Counted from the whole stretch's first letter, positions 29,678-41,573 are shown. The stretch: DNA of 63,987 nt, filler included, from Barthelona sp. PAP020 (GCA_040182905.1; 12 parts of 12 records of this genome joined end to end with filler, not necessarily neighbours in it), one strand, 5' to 3'. Notes: generated by a model not told the origin, from the letters alone. Numbers and translations are program-made.

Positions 29678-29876
29678 GGTTGAGAAAATAAAAAATAAAA
29701 ATAAAAAAACATTTGTTTTTACAAAGAAAATAAATAATAGATGTTTCAAATATGGGTGTAAATATGAAAACTAGATTCTCAATAAATAAAATTGCATTAA
29801 ATTCAATGAAGAAATGTGCTTTGGTTGTCAATCTAATTTTTTATTCTTTCAAATATTGGATGTTCTATTATGAATA

Positions 29877-31238
29877 ATGTTTTTTGTTCAATCAAAAATA
29901 ATTAAATTGATAATATTTGCTGTTTTTATATTTTCAATGGCAATTCGATGTGAATTTCAAAATGTACTTCCAAGTTTACCTACCCCAACAATGTTTAAAG
30001 CATATTATGATTCAAATGGTTTAATAAGTATTACTGATCAGCCATTATCTAAATGGATAGCAGCTGCACATAATTATACCAAAGAAGGAGTTTGGCATTT
30101 ATCATTTCGATCTCGAATTCCTAATTCTGATGTTGATCAAATCTATGCGATTGGGTTGTTAGAAGGTTATTTAACTTCAGAACATATAATGAAAGATTTA
30201 GAAGTTAGAAGGACATTAATAAGTGATAAGGAAGAATTATTGATTAATGATCAATTAACAAAGCTTTTTCGAATATCTTTTGATAACAAACATAAGTCCA
30301 AGTATTTTTATCAATTGAATTTGGCTATTGTTCAAATTGAAGGTATTTTAGAAGGTCTACGTTTAAGAGGACATGATGTGACTATTTTTGATGTTGTGTT
30401 AATTAACTATTTTGAATTTGCTGAAAGTTGCAATAATTCCTATTATTTTTCAAAATTCAACAATAAAAAGGATGAAGTTTTACAAATATTTTCAAATGTT
30501 AATAAATCTGGAATTATTTTGAAAAGTTTTGAACTTTGGATGGGTAAGACGCTCTTCAATTTCTTTTCGTTTCCTTCTACACCGGGATCAATTGTTTCTG
30601 TATTCAATACTTATATTGTTGAGACTCAAATCTTTGCGAATATTGATTATGTATCATCTTTAATGGCTTCAACCACTGAATGTGACTATTTAAAATTTTT
30701 TCATGTTATGGCATTTTTGAGAAGCGGTGAAACCAACAAACACATATATTGTTTGAAGATCAATAACCAAAATTTGAAATTGAGTTATCTTACACCTGAG
30801 AATGATATCTTTATCGATTACCGCAATGTTTCAGAATCAGATTTGTGTTCTCGTGTTATTGTTAATAATACTGAAGATGGAAAAAGGTTGATAAAGTCGA
30901 ATTTTACGTCTCTACATTCAAAGTGCATAATAAACATGGAGACTAAAAAAGGTATGTTTAACAAAGCTTCACAGAACTCAAAACTTGCAAAACTTCATTC
31001 CATTGTTGTATTGAGAAATAATCTGCAAGAAAAAGAGTACTTTTTCGTTAAAGCAGACGGTACCATTCATAAGGCAATTCCTGATGTATTATTACATCAT
31101 AAGGATAACTTACATGTCTATTTTGCTGTTATCTTGGGTTTGATTGTTCCTTTATTCTTTATTGTTTTGTGTACATTTATAAACAATCATAAAGTTAAAA
31201 ATGAAGTGATTGAGGAAGCATTGAAACATTTTCGTTGA
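29877..31238 (+). CDS. Divergent phospholipase B-like (PLBD, Ntn-hydrolase) type I membrane protein
   Basis: Signal peptide; QIYAIGLLEGYLT, YFYQLNLAIVQIEG and FPSTPG resemble PLBD; C-terminal TM helix. Confidence 0.6.
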   Translation: MFFVQSKIIKLIIFAVFIFSMAIRCEFQNVLPSLPTPTMFKAYYDSNGLISITDQPLSKWIAAAHNYTKEGVWHLSFRSRIPNSDVDQIYAIGLLEGYLTSEHIMKDLEVRRTLISDKEELLINDQLTKLFRISFDNKHKSKYFYQLNLAIVQIEGILEGLRLRGHDVTIFDVVLINYFEFAESCNNSYYFSKFNNKKDEVLQIFSNVNKSGIILKSFELWMGKTLFNFFSFPSTPGSIVSVFNTYIVETQIFANIDYVSSLMASTTECDYLKFFHVMAFLRSGETNKHIYCLKINNQNLKLSYLTPENDIFIDYRNVSESDLCSRVIVNNTEDGKRLIKSNFTSLHSKCIINMETKKGMFNKASQNSKLAKLHSIVVLRNNLQEKEYFFVKADGTIHKAIPDVLLHHKDNLHVYFAVILGLIVPLFFIVLCTFINNHKVKNEVIEEALKHFR

Positions 31239-31412
31239 AGTTTAATTTGCTGTTTGTAAACTTTTTTTTTGTTTTTTATATTAAAAAGTGATATTATCCA
31301 AGTTATCTAATCTTGACATTTCATAGCATTAAACCAAAAATGTAAATATATAGATTGATGGGGAGAATTGTATTTTCTCCTTTGAATCATCTAAAAATCG
31401 TCAAAATGTGGT

Positions 31413-31803
31413 AAATACTCTCCAAATAGCAAATATTTGATGATTAGCAGTAATGATTGTAATGTTTATATTATTGATGTGGAAAGTGGGGCATTGAGTC
31501 GTATTTTGTATGACCATTAACAAGCTGTTTGAGGGGGGTTGCATTTTCACCAAATGGACAAATTTTAGCAACATGCTCTCGTGATATTCTTATTATATTA
31601 CATAGTCTTCCAGATTTCTCTGTTTTGACCAGGTTAGAAAATGGTGCTTGTGCTTTTGGAATTTGTTTTTTCCATTGTTCTAATTATTTATATTCCAGTG
31701 ATTATGTTGGGAACCTCATGAAGTGTGATATAAATAAAGAAAATGTGGTGTTGGAAAACCAAGCTCATACTGCTGGTATTTGGAGGGTAAAGCTTTCATC
31801 TAG
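31413..31803 (+). pseudogene. WD40 family A pseudogene fragment
   Basis: KYSPNSKYLMISS..IIDVESGALSRILYDH*QAV*, then a frameshift in a G-run to GVAFSPNGQILATCS..SLPDFS..IWRVKLS; colinear with the N-terminus of the 18288 protein. Stops at 31518 and 31530; homology ends abruptly at about 31803. Confidence 0.85.
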
Positions 31804-32689
31804 ATTGTTTTTTTTTCTATTGCTTTTTCATCAAGTTCAAATTGCCATGAGCCCTATTGAACCAATATCATTCAGTCTCAGCAACTCAATCAACTGTTTG
31901 ATCATTTTCCACATTCATTTGGTTGTTCTTGATATTTTTTCAAAACTATTTCAATTTCCAAACATATTTTTACAGCATGTTTCTCAACTTATCTTTTAGA
32001 ATTGAACTTAAGTTTCTGAGTTGAGATTTCTTTGGTGTGTTCATGAATCATTTGTTAAGAAATTTGTGTGGAAATATAAATTAATGTCTGTATGAAGAGA
32101 AGCTCCCCTTTGAAGGTCTTTTACTTGACCAATAATCTAGCTACACGAATTTTTGTCCCTAATCGTTTATGAATGTTGTGGTGTAAACAACTTTTTTTTT
32201 TGTTGCGCAGAAGAACTCTTATCAATTTTGATTCTTTGGCCTTTGTTTCACTACTCTTGCATTTTATAACACACTTTTTAACTTAAATATCTTTTTTATC
32301 GTTAAGCAAATATCTTGTAAAGAGTGAGTCTAAACAAAGTCAAATTACAGTATTTGGACAATGTTTCTTTTTGCATTTCGACTCACAACACTCTTGCTTG
32401 CTTCTTCTACTGATTTTACTCCAATTAATCCAAAAGAAATTGTTGTAGTGGAAAAAACTTTGATTTGGAAAGAATAAGCTCATGGCAACTTTAATTCTCT
32501 TTCATTATCTCAAAATAACATTTAAATATATTTTGCAAAAGAAAATGTTGCTTTGATTATATACATTGCCATTATAAAGCTCAAACTCATAAAAATAGAT
32601 CAAAAAAGATCAAAGAAATTTACTCAACATGAAGTTAAGATGAACAATGAATTCATCCAAAAACATAATCAACAGTTAATAATTTTAAA

Positions 32690-32992
32690 CTAAACACAAC
32701 ATTTAATTTCAACATGCTGTTCAATGGCACCGTATTTTGAATTGACAAAATACAGCATGTCAAATAATTCAGACTCAAAAGTTTTCTTGAAATTTTTTCT
32801 AATTTTTTTATTTGCTGGATTGATCAAACCATTTTCAACAGTGAATTCCTTCACCAAATGAACAGCAGCAATCTTTTCATATCCTCGAACACCATGTTCC
32901 TTTCCAATAAGGTCAAGATTTTCAATTATTCTTTTGGACAATTCAGCTTGCTCTTCAGGGTCTTCGGTCCAATATTTTGGTTCAACAGCAAC
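32690..32992 (-). CDS. Long-chain acyl-CoA synthetase, C-terminal fragment
   Basis: GKEHGVRGYEKIAAVHLVKEFTVENGLINPANKKIR matches the ACSL C-terminal motif (GFExxxxIxL..FSxENGLLTPTxKxKR). Confidence 0.75.
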   Translation of the reverse strand, partial: VAVEPKYWTEDPEEQAELSKRIIENLDLIGKEHGVRGYEKIAAVHLVKEFTVENGLINPANKKIRKNFKKTFESELFDMLYFVNSKYGAIEQHVEIKCCV

Positions 32993-33512
32993 NNNNNNNN
33001 NNNNNNNNNNNNNNNNNNNNNNNNNNNNNNNNNNNNTTAATTAATTAANNNNNNNNNNNNNNNNNNNNNNNNNNNNNNNNNNNNNNNNNNNNTTTCTTTA
33101 TATCCCAACTTTCCATTCATATTTTAAATTTGAAGTGTTTGGATCAAAGTGTAACCCACGTTTTATAAACCCTCCAATTTTGTTATTGATAATCAAACAG
33201 TGAACTTTTGAAGTGAGCTTAGTTTCTCTTAAGTATATCAACCAATGTGAAATCTCTATTGTTTCTTCGTTCTTACTGTGGTTGAATCTAATCCACAATT
33301 GGTTTATTTCTGTTGGGTAGTTGTAAGATACCTATGGATGAATACTTTCATATCTTCATAATTCCTATTGCTTCAGACAGACCAAAGGCAGTGACTTGTG
33401 ATTTAATGATTGGTGAATATGGGTTGATTGCTGTTTTCTTTTATGTTTTTGATCAACAGAAATTCTTGAATAGTAATTTTAATTTGAAAAGTGTTAGAAT
33501 CTTTGATTCATG

Positions 33513-33823
33513 AAGAAGAACGGCCATGTGGATGTGAATGAAAAATAGCAACAATGTTTATTTGGCTAAAAGCTTTCGAGGCTCGATTGATCTGTTGAAA
33601 AACTTTAGATTTTCCAAGGTAAAGTTGAAACTTTAAAATTTTGCTTTTGCAAAAATACAAAGAAATGGGAATGGAAAATTTTTCAAAAATTTTCATACTT
33701 GATCGTTCCAATTACATTTCAACCCTCAACTCCTCTACTGGGATTTTGACTGAAATTTGCTTGAATGAGTTTTCTGAGTTTACTTTCTTTGTAAATAAAT
33801 GCAGGTGTTTCACAACTGGACCA
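33513..33823. repeat. Dispersed repeat B, copy 2
   Basis: Aligns with 63283-63552 and with the reverse complement of 6556-6855. Confidence 0.88.
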
Positions 33824-33891
33824 GATAAAATAAAATAATTACAAAATAAATAAATACTCCATTTATTTTTCATTCGCAAACTTTTGAACAT

Positions 33892-34623
33892 CTAATCCAA
33901 CATTAAAATTTGTTCAGACATCAGTTTCATCATATCATCACCATCTAATTGTGTTACATTGATATTGAATGTCTTTTGAGCAACATGTATTTCAGCAGCT
34001 CCAGCATCTTCACCAATGATCATGGCCCAATCATTCACTAACAAACCAGAAGCTATAGTACTAGAACCCATTATAGTACCATTCGATAACTTGATTTGCA
34101 ACATATTGGTTAATTCCATTAATTCATTTTTAGAAACAAAAGGTGCAAATAAACCACCTTGATTTGTAATTCTGCAAAAAGAACCAACTAAATTTTCATT
34201 TCCAATGGCTTGTCTATAAGTTTCTACTTGAAGTACATCTTGAACAATAGCTTCAATTTCAGGACTAAGATCGGGTGAAATCAAAGCAACAGAATCATTA
34301 CAAGCAATAAAATTATTTAATAACAAAGGTTGATCAATACGAACAACTCTCACATCATCAGGAAGACTATTACGAATATGCATCAATTCACTATCAGTTA
34401 CAACAGAAGGCAAAAGTAATCCATATCTATTTCCAATTGCATATGCACCAACTAATGTAGTTTCATTAATAGATGTACGAATAATCGGAATATGATCGCC
34501 AAGAACTTCTTGTAAAGCAGAATAGAAATTAACGGAATGACTTTGTGCACATAAACAATAGGTATTTGTTAGCATGGCAAAAACACCAACATCAGTGCAA
34601 TTTTCAAAGGATGTGACCTGCAT
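33892..34623 (-). CDS. EIF6: Translation initiation factor 6
   Basis: FEN..VGVF..LTNTYCL, GNRYGLLLP, ELMHIRNSLPD, IACND, LVGSFC..TNQGGL, VNDW. Confidence 0.95.
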   Translation of the reverse strand: MQVTSFENCTDVGVFAMLTNTYCLCAQSHSVNFYSALQEVLGDHIPIIRTSINETTLVGAYAIGNRYGLLLPSVVTDSELMHIRNSLPDDVRVVRIDQPLLLNNFIACNDSVALISPDLSPEIEAIVQDVLQVETYRQAIGNENLVGSFCRITNQGGLFAPFVSKNELMELTNMLQIKLSNGTIMGSSTIASGLLVNDWAMIIGEDAGAAEIHVAQKTFNINVTQLDGDDMMKLMSEQILMLD

Positions 34624-34838
34624 ACCAATTTTTTAATTCTCAAAAAACAAAACACAATTTTCTGCCTTTATTTTCTTTAAAAATTCTATTGTATCGAACA
34701 ACTACCACAAATTTCATTAAAATAGTAACAAAATAGACTTGTCAAAGAAAAAAAACTAGAATTCTTTTTACAACACACAAAAAACCACTTGCAAACAGAA
34801 CTAACACTCTAAAAATATATGCTCAAACCCCATAATTA

Positions 34839-35480
34839 TCAAGGTGAGACAATTTTTCTATTTAATGGGAATTGTTCGATTTCTTGAGGTGGATTGGTGG
34901 ATGATATTATAGGCTCTTCATTTTGCCTTTCTTCCCATGCCATTTTCCGTCTTTTCATACAAACACATAAAAAGGTAACAGATACAAATAAAACAATTCC
35001 TCCGATAATCAAGGGGGTAAAATTTTCAACAGGATCGTCCAATGGGTCAACAACTCTGCTATTAAAGAAAGAATCCTCGAAAGAATTACTTTTTCTATCA
35101 TCAGAATCAGAAATTCTCCACAATAGATGTTTGGTTGCAAATTGTTCGTTTTCAAAAGTACCAACTATTCTGAAAATCAATGCCTCTGGATTCTTTGTTC
35201 TGAAAACCAATTTCCAACAAATTTTGTGAGCAATACACTTTTCATTTGAAGTGATCGCATCTTTTAAATAAAACGAAAAATTTTCGTTCGAAAGTTGCCC
35301 TTCAACATTCAAAATATATTGATTAAAATTGAATTTGGGTTTTAACTTGCATTTAAAAGGAAGACCTAGCGATTCACACTCCAAAAAATTGTCGTCATTG
35401 ATATTTTCAAGCGAAAAACATCTTACCCATGTGTTACAAAAAATAAAGATTAATATCCCATATACAATGGATAGTTTCAT
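34839..35480 (-). CDS. Hypothetical single-pass type I membrane protein
   Basis: Signal peptide; TM helix PLIIGGIVLFVSVTFLCVC followed by the basic stretch KRRK. Confidence 0.6.
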   Translation of the reverse strand: MKLSIVYGILIFIFCNTWVRCFSLENINDDNFLECESLGLPFKCKLKPKFNFNQYILNVEGQLSNENFSFYLKDAITSNEKCIAHKICWKLVFRTKNPEALIFRIVGTFENEQFATKHLLWRISDSDDRKSNSFEDSFFNSRVVDPLDDPVENFTPLIIGGIVLFVSVTFLCVCMKRRKMAWEERQNEEPIISSTNPPQEIEQFPLNRKIVSP

Positions 35481-35739
35481 CACAAAAATATAAAATGATG
35501 CAGTTCGAGTATACAGTAATATGATTTCAAATGATTTGTTCTACAACAATTTTCCTCTTTAATAATTAATAATGTGATCAATTTTTTAAAACATAATTAT
35601 CTTTAAATAAAGTCAAAATAAACAAAAAAACAATTGCATATGAAAAAAAAAATTTCTATTTATACAAAGCTCTTTCAGAAATTACAATATTCATAATCAT
35701 TTAAAAATCAATATACAACAAAAAATACTTTGAAAGTCA

Positions 35740-36465
35740 TCATTTTCTTTCAAATATTGCGGGATATACATCCAATCCTCTTTTTCTCGCTCTTTCCGCA
35801 TCACCAGTAACGTTTTGAATTAATAGATAACACAAATCCAATCTTGCTATATCCTCAGGAATTCTTTTAAATGCTGGATGTTGATCAAGATGATATATCA
35901 TCCAATCGGCGACTTCTTTTTGGTCGGAACACACATATATTTTACCTCCACTTTCCAAAAAGAAAGCATATTCATCCAATAAAGCTGAAGATACTATTCT
36001 TCGACGTAGACTAGATTTCTTGAATTGAGGATCAGGAAATAAAATAAACAATTTCTTTAAAGAATGTGGAAAGAAATAGCGATGACCAAATTTCATTGTG
36101 TTCGCATTTATCGCTTTAACATTTGCATATTCAACTTTCTCAAGCTCTCTATGTCTTTCCAACCTATGTTCTGTATATTCTACCGCTTGATTTCTGATTT
36201 CTAACCCCAAAACAAGGTCTTTGGGAAATAATCGACTTAAATAGGGTAATAATCCACCAAATCCGGACCCAATATCAGCAATGGTTATTTTTCTTTCACC
36301 ATCCCAATTACCATTTTGCAAACAGGGAAAATAAACACTCAAATTTTTCTGAAACTCTTCAGGAGACTCAGAATGATCAATATCCAAATCACTTAATGGA
36401 TTTGCATGTGCTCTGATGCGAAATCTAGAACAAACCTTCTTCTTTTCCTGCAATTCTGAAAACAT
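35740..36465 (-). CDS. TRM8: tRNA (guanine-N7)-methyltransferase Trm8/METTL1
   Basis: RAHANPLSD, DIGSGFGGLL, GLEIR, LFPDPQFKK, RRIVS. Confidence 0.93.
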   Translation of the reverse strand: MFSELQEKKKVCSRFRIRAHANPLSDLDIDHSESPEEFQKNLSVYFPCLQNGNWDGERKITIADIGSGFGGLLPYLSRLFPKDLVLGLEIRNQAVEYTEHRLERHRELEKVEYANVKAINANTMKFGHRYFFPHSLKKLFILFPDPQFKKSSLRRRIVSSALLDEYAFFLESGGKIYVCSDQKEVADWMIYHLDQHPAFKRIPEDIARLDLCYLLIQNVTGDAERARKRGLDVYPAIFERK

Positions 36466-36604
36466 AAAAACAAACAATTCAACAAACAATTTTATTTTGT
36501 GTCAACATTTATCAATAGTTAAGGTAATTCAAATAAGATGTGATAATACATAAAAAAGATAAGGATGACAAAATTTGGAATAAAAATACAATCTTTTTTT
36601 TTCA

Positions 36605-37156
36605 ATGGGAAACTGGTTTTCAAAGACTTTTGGCAAATGGTTTGGTAATAAGGATATGACTTTTCTATTCCTTGGATTAGATGCCGCTGGAAAAAGTAGT
36701 ATCCTTCAAAAATTGTCCAATCCAAATATACAGATAGCTACTGCTCCCACTATTGGTTATTATTCTGACACTGTTCAATTAGGTAATTTTTCTTTCGAAG
36801 TTTATGACATAGGTGGTCAACACAGAATTCGTCCATTGTGGATCTATTATTATGATCGTGCTGAAGCTGTTGTGTTTGTTGTAGCTGGTGATGATCCTGG
36901 AAGATTCCCAATTGCAAAGAAAGAATTAGAAAAAGTATTGACTGCAAAAGGAACTGAAAATATGCCAATTATGGTACTTGACAATAAATCAGATAAAGAT
37001 GGCTATGTTGGTTCCGAAGAATTATATGATGCATTGGATTTGGGTTCATATACCGACAGAGTGATTAGAGTTTTTGAAACTAGTGCTTTAACCTATGATG
37101 GTATTGAAGAAGCTTTTTATTGGTTAGGTTCTGAATTGTCTGGTAATAATAATTAG
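36605..37156 (+). CDS. Arf-family small GTPase
   Basis: MG myristoylation start, GLDAAGKS, PTIG, DIGGQHRIRPLW, NKSD, TSA. Confidence 0.92.
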   Translation: MGNWFSKTFGKWFGNKDMTFLFLGLDAAGKSSILQKLSNPNIQIATAPTIGYYSDTVQLGNFSFEVYDIGGQHRIRPLWIYYYDRAEAVVFVVAGDDPGRFPIAKKELEKVLTAKGTENMPIMVLDNKSDKDGYVGSEELYDALDLGSYTDRVIRVFETSALTYDGIEEAFYWLGSELSGNNN

Positions 37157-37490
37157 ATTTGTTTGTGTTTATATTTTTTTTTAGTTTCCATTGTTAAAGG
37201 TAAATTCTTTCATTTGTTTATTTTTCTTTCTTGTTTGTTCTTGAACTATTATTAATTCAATGATTGACAGCAATAAAAAAATTTGTCTATTTTTGAAAAA
37301 ATTACCAATTCCATTTTTACTTTATACAATTTCTTCCATGTCAAATATTCTAATTCATTTTTTAAACCAAATGACAACATATAAAAATAGCAGTTGACCA
37401 AGTTTGAAAAAAATTGTGGGGTTGTAAAAAATTTATATTACTGGAGGAGCAAATTTACCAAGATCAACAAATGAAATTCACTTTTTTTTA

Positions 37491-38114
37491 ATGGTGATTG
37501 ATACACTCGAGCGGAAAGAAATAGTTTCCAAATTGATATTGGGATTTGGCTTTTATATTGAAAATGGATTTTTTGGACCTGTTTTTTCTGAACGTAACAA
37601 TAATCACAGCACGGGTGAAATACTTCACAACAATCCTTTTTCAGCGAATTCGAAACCCTCGATAACCATAAGTCAGTATATTCAAAGAGTTGTTAAATAT
37701 TCCAGATGTAGTGTTAGTGCACTTATTGGAGCTGCAATTTATATTGATCGTGTGTTAATTAACAACCAAAATTTTATTTTGAACGAATATAATTTTCATA
37801 GATTATTTTTAATGGCAATTGCTTTATCGGCCAAGTTTTTTGATGATAAATATTATTCAAATGTTCATTATGCCAAAGTTGGTGGAATAAAACTTGAAGA
37901 ATTCAACAATCTAGAATTAGAATTTTTATTTTTGTTGAAATTCTCCTTGAACATAAGTACGGATACTTATGAAAGTTATATTGAATATCTCACACCGAAA
38001 TATTTTTATTTATCAACATTTGATACACATAAAGAAAGTCTTTCCGGTTATTCCTACACAAAGAATGTTCAAATATTTTCAACAACAGAAATCCTATGTT
38101 CTACAATAGCGTAG
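37491..38114 (+). CDS. Pho80/cyclin-U family cyclin
   Basis: KPSITISQYIQRVVKYSRCS..IYIDR..HRL..KFFDDKYYSNVHYAKVGGI..ELEFLFLL. Confidence 0.92.
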   Translation: MVIDTLERKEIVSKLILGFGFYIENGFFGPVFSERNNNHSTGEILHNNPFSANSKPSITISQYIQRVVKYSRCSVSALIGAAIYIDRVLINNQNFILNEYNFHRLFLMAIALSAKFFDDKYYSNVHYAKVGGIKLEEFNNLELEFLFLLKFSLNISTDTYESYIEYLTPKYFYLSTFDTHKESLSGYSYTKNVQIFSTTEILCSTIA

Positions 38115-38292
38115 TATCTTTATAAATGCTACTTTATTAAAATTGATTTTGTAAATAATACAAATTTTTTTATGTAACACATGTGAAAAGACTTTCTGTC
38201 ATTCCCCTTTTTTTAACCATAAAAATGTGAAATTAAAGGAATCAATGCCAAAAAAAAAACTTTTAAAAACAAACGAAACGATAATTTACAAT

Positions 38293-38455
38293 TTACATTT
38301 GATTGGTGGGTGACATTGGCAGGGATTGATTCATTTGGTTTATAGGTGATGTGGGAATTTGTGAATATGTGTTGAAATTGATTGAACGTTCTTCGAAAGG
38401 ACGGAAAGAAATTTCAAAATCATCAACCAAATGAATGATAACTGAAAGTTTTTCA
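38293..38455 (-). CDS. C-terminal fragment of an unidentified gene
   Basis: Frame open from the linker to TAA (EKLSVIIHLVDDFEISFRPFEERS..MSPTNQM*). Confidence 0.45.
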
Positions 38456-38555
38456 NNNNNNNNNNNNNNNNNNNNNNNNNNNNNNNNNNNNNNNNNNNNT
38501 TAATTAATTAANNNNNNNNNNNNNNNNNNNNNNNNNNNNNNNNNNNNNNNNNNNN

Positions 38556-38660
38556 GATCCACAACATGCTCCAGAAGTATATGCCGATTTGCAAAATGAT
38601 GTCAATCGCAGATGGAACAAGCTCATTGCTTTACAAAACAGTTACGATGCTAAAAAGTAA
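38556..38660 (+). CDS. C-terminal fragment, possibly pyruvate:ferredoxin oxidoreductase
   Basis: DPQHAPEVYADLQNDVNRRWNKLIAL..* loosely resembles the terminal helix of PFOR; only 34 codons. Confidence 0.3.
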   Translation, partial: DPQHAPEVYADLQNDVNRRWNKLIALQNSYDAKK

Positions 38661-38757
38661 AAGGGGTTTATAAATTTCCAATAAACTGATATTGTTTTAT
38701 TTTTTACTGCTAATTCAGTGTTGATTCAATGTCATGAAAAAATGAACAAAACATAAT

Positions 38758-41343
38758 TTATTGTACAAGTTGATTATTTGATGGAATTAATGGGGTTAAA
38801 ACAGAATGTAATGCTGGCAATCTTTCTCTTTTAAATCTCTCAATGTCAGCATTGATACTCATTTTTGTTTCAGCTTTCACCAATTCCACTTGCTCTAACA
38901 GATTATTTTGTAAAATTTTCAATTGTTCTTGATAAGTCTTTGCCAAATGTTCGACTTTTTCTTGCTCATTTTTCAAATGAAAATCTTTAATTGCTTGTTC
39001 TTCCATTTGAACAAGTTTCTTAAAATGTTCAATATAATGAGGAGACATATGCAATGATTGAGGCTGAAAATTTAAAGATGGACTAAAAGGAGAATGGGAA
39101 TATGAATTTCTTGATGATGAATTGGTTAAAAAGTCCACGTTCAAATCATTAGAAAAAGAACTTTGGATTGGTTGAATAAATGAATTATTAAGAAGTGGAG
39201 ATTGTTGAGGTTGTAGTTGTTGGTGACTAAAGTGTTGAGTTGATGAATGTAAAGGACTGTAATATGTTTGAAATGTATGTTGATTTTTGTCATATTCAGG
39301 TATTTGCGACTGAGAAATTGAGGGAGAATAAAAAGACTTTGGATTCGGATTTGAATCAACAAATTGCCTTTGCTTGTGGGGAGTCTCCATATTATTCTGA
39401 TTAGTATCGAAAATTGAATTTGTTGAAGCTTTTTCAATAATATGAGGTATTTCTGTTGATTCAATTGGTATAACATCCTTTTTAATCTTATTATTTTCAA
39501 CAGAAAGTTTGTCTTCTTCCGAAAAATTGAAAAAATCCACATTTTTTTCGTCCCTAACTGAAAAATCTGCATCAATTAATTCTTCTTTTTGTTTTATTGG
39601 TTTTTCTTGAATATACACCTTTTTATTTGAAGGAACAACAATGGAAATGTCAGAATCAACTAAAAATGCATCATTTATTTCATTGTTTTGTTCAATAAAT
39701 TCATTTTTAGTATTTTCTTTTTTATTTGTTGTTTCATTTTCAACATCAATATTTGAACTTGAATTTCTGGCTTCTTCAACAACTTTTTTATCACTATCTT
39801 TGACAAAAATAAATACATTATTAGCTTCTTCTTTAGAATCATTGAAACTTTTTGAAAACTTGTTAAATTGCTCATTTTTGGTGAATCTGTTGGTTCTTGC
39901 TGCTTGCTTGTCAATATTTAAAGATTCACTTTCTTTTGTGATTTTCTTTTGTTCAATAGATTTGAACATAGGCTTTTGAGGTGATACTCTTTTGGGTATT
40001 TTATGAGCCATTTTTTTCAATTGAATACCATTGTTTTCATTGTTATTCTTTGGCAAATCATTGTTAATTTCTTTTTGCAACAGAGGTTTAGCGTTAACAC
40101 TAAAAATATCAATTTTTTGTTCATTTTGTTCGCCTAGATATTTATTTGTCACCTTGGCATTCAAGTTTAAATCTTCACTTTCCAAATCTACATTTGCTTC
40201 ATCCAATTCAGTATTCATATCCCTGATTGTTGATTTACTTTTATTTTCTCTCTCTTCAAAAGTATGCAAACGATAATCTTCTTCAAGTGAATGTTGAAGT
40301 CTATTTGGCTCACTATCACTTTTCAAATGCCTACATTGTTGTGAAGGGCTTTGTGATATTATAGCATGTAGATCTTCAAGGTTGCGCATAGTTTCTTCCT
40401 GTCTTTTATGCGTCTGATTATCTTTGGTTAAAAACCCTTTTCGCACTGTTGGCAAAAGTGCTAAAACCTTGATTATTTCATCAGAAAGTTTGTACAAATT
40501 TGGAAATTCCTTTATAGTTGCACTTATTGATTCTTTGGCAACAACAATTATCTTTTTGTCCAAAGGATCAATTTCATGGAGCTCCATTCTTAATACTGTC
40601 ATCAAAGTGCTTAAAGTACCGATGCTGCCAGGTTTCAAATTTTTATTTTGTGGATGATTAGAAGACAAAATTCTAGAACAGGTCTCCAAAATAGATTCAA
40701 TCATTGAAGCGGGCAAACAACGGGCACCAATACTTTCAATAATTCTTTGAATAAACATGAAAGCATTCTTTGTAAAAATTGTCCTTCCAATACTAAACAA
40801 CACTTTATTCACAAAAGAACAACAAAATGGTATATCGACAATAGTAACAAATTTTATCAGAGAGCTCAATGCCAAAAAAGACATTTGATGATGTTGATGA
40901 TGTGACACAGTAATGGTTTGATTAAAAATAGATGCAAAAGCCATATCATAAACATACTTAAAAGTTAGGGTCTTTTTTGTGCCAAATCGAAACACAACAG
41001 ACAAAGTCTTCAAAGTGGTTTGTTGAACTTTAGGATCTGTTTCATAAAATAACGATAATAACAATGCAACAATATGTGGAATAAATGGTTCAAATGATTC
41101 TTGATAAATTGCAATAACAAAACCACTTAATCTCAATCTTCCTTGTTTTGCTTGCAGCGATTCATCAGTAATGTTACCCAATAAACCATTCAATAAATGT
41201 CTACAATGATCTACTGATGAATAAGTACGTAAATAAGCTTGAATAGATACAATATTCTCTTCGCTCCAATCATCATTAAACGTCGAAATATAATTGTTCA
41301 ATTCTTTTTGTATGTTGAAAGTGTTGCGATTTCGATGTGACAT
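38758..41343 (-). CDS. HEAT/TOG-like N-terminal domain, low-complexity middle and C-terminal coiled coil (cytoskeletal?)
   Basis: HEAT-like FIPHIVALLLSLFYETDPKVQ; disordered N/S/Q-rich centre; terminal heptads. Confidence 0.55.
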   Translation of the reverse strand: MSHRNRNTFNIQKELNNYISTFNDDWSEENIVSIQAYLRTYSSVDHCRHLLNGLLGNITDESLQAKQGRLRLSGFVIAIYQESFEPFIPHIVALLLSLFYETDPKVQQTTLKTLSVVFRFGTKKTLTFKYVYDMAFASIFNQTITVSHHQHHQMSFLALSSLIKFVTIVDIPFCCSFVNKVLFSIGRTIFTKNAFMFIQRIIESIGARCLPASMIESILETCSRILSSNHPQNKNLKPGSIGTLSTLMTVLRMELHEIDPLDKKIIVVAKESISATIKEFPNLYKLSDEIIKVLALLPTVRKGFLTKDNQTHKRQEETMRNLEDLHAIISQSPSQQCRHLKSDSEPNRLQHSLEEDYRLHTFEERENKSKSTIRDMNTELDEANVDLESEDLNLNAKVTNKYLGEQNEQKIDIFSVNAKPLLQKEINNDLPKNNNENNGIQLKKMAHKIPKRVSPQKPMFKSIEQKKITKESESLNIDKQAARTNRFTKNEQFNKFSKSFNDSKEEANNVFIFVKDSDKKVVEEARNSSSNIDVENETTNKKENTKNEFIEQNNEINDAFLVDSDISIVVPSNKKVYIQEKPIKQKEELIDADFSVRDEKNVDFFNFSEEDKLSVENNKIKKDVIPIESTEIPHIIEKASTNSIFDTNQNNMETPHKQRQFVDSNPNPKSFYSPSISQSQIPEYDKNQHTFQTYYSPLHSSTQHFSHQQLQPQQSPLLNNSFIQPIQSSFSNDLNVDFLTNSSSRNSYSHSPFSPSLNFQPQSLHMSPHYIEHFKKLVQMEEQAIKDFHLKNEQEKVEHLAKTYQEQLKILQNNLLEQVELVKAETKMSINADIERFKRERLPALHSVLTPLIPSNNQLVQ

Positions 41344-41573
41344 TTTGAAGAAATTTAAAAAAACAATTTTGTTTTATACCAAATCCAACTTTAAAAGATA
41401 AGTTTAAATTGTTTGAAATGGCAAACAATGATGAAAAGAATACTATAAACAAATGTTAAAAACTTTATTCCATGTTTTTTGATACAAATTGAAATTCCAC
41501 AAATTTATCATTTAAACAAAAAAGAAACAGATATATTTATAAAGTACATAATTCTTCTTTTTTGACCGATAAT

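Noticed and set aside
31518..31532. In-frame TAA/TGA in WD40-like sequence as stop-codon reassignment or selenocysteine
   Set aside because: They come with a frameshift and truncation, and conserved genes terminate at TAA, TAG and TGA normally.
32690..32704. KCCV C-terminus of the acyl-CoA synthetase as a CaaX box
   Set aside because: There is no Cys at position -4; lipidation is possible but unsupported.
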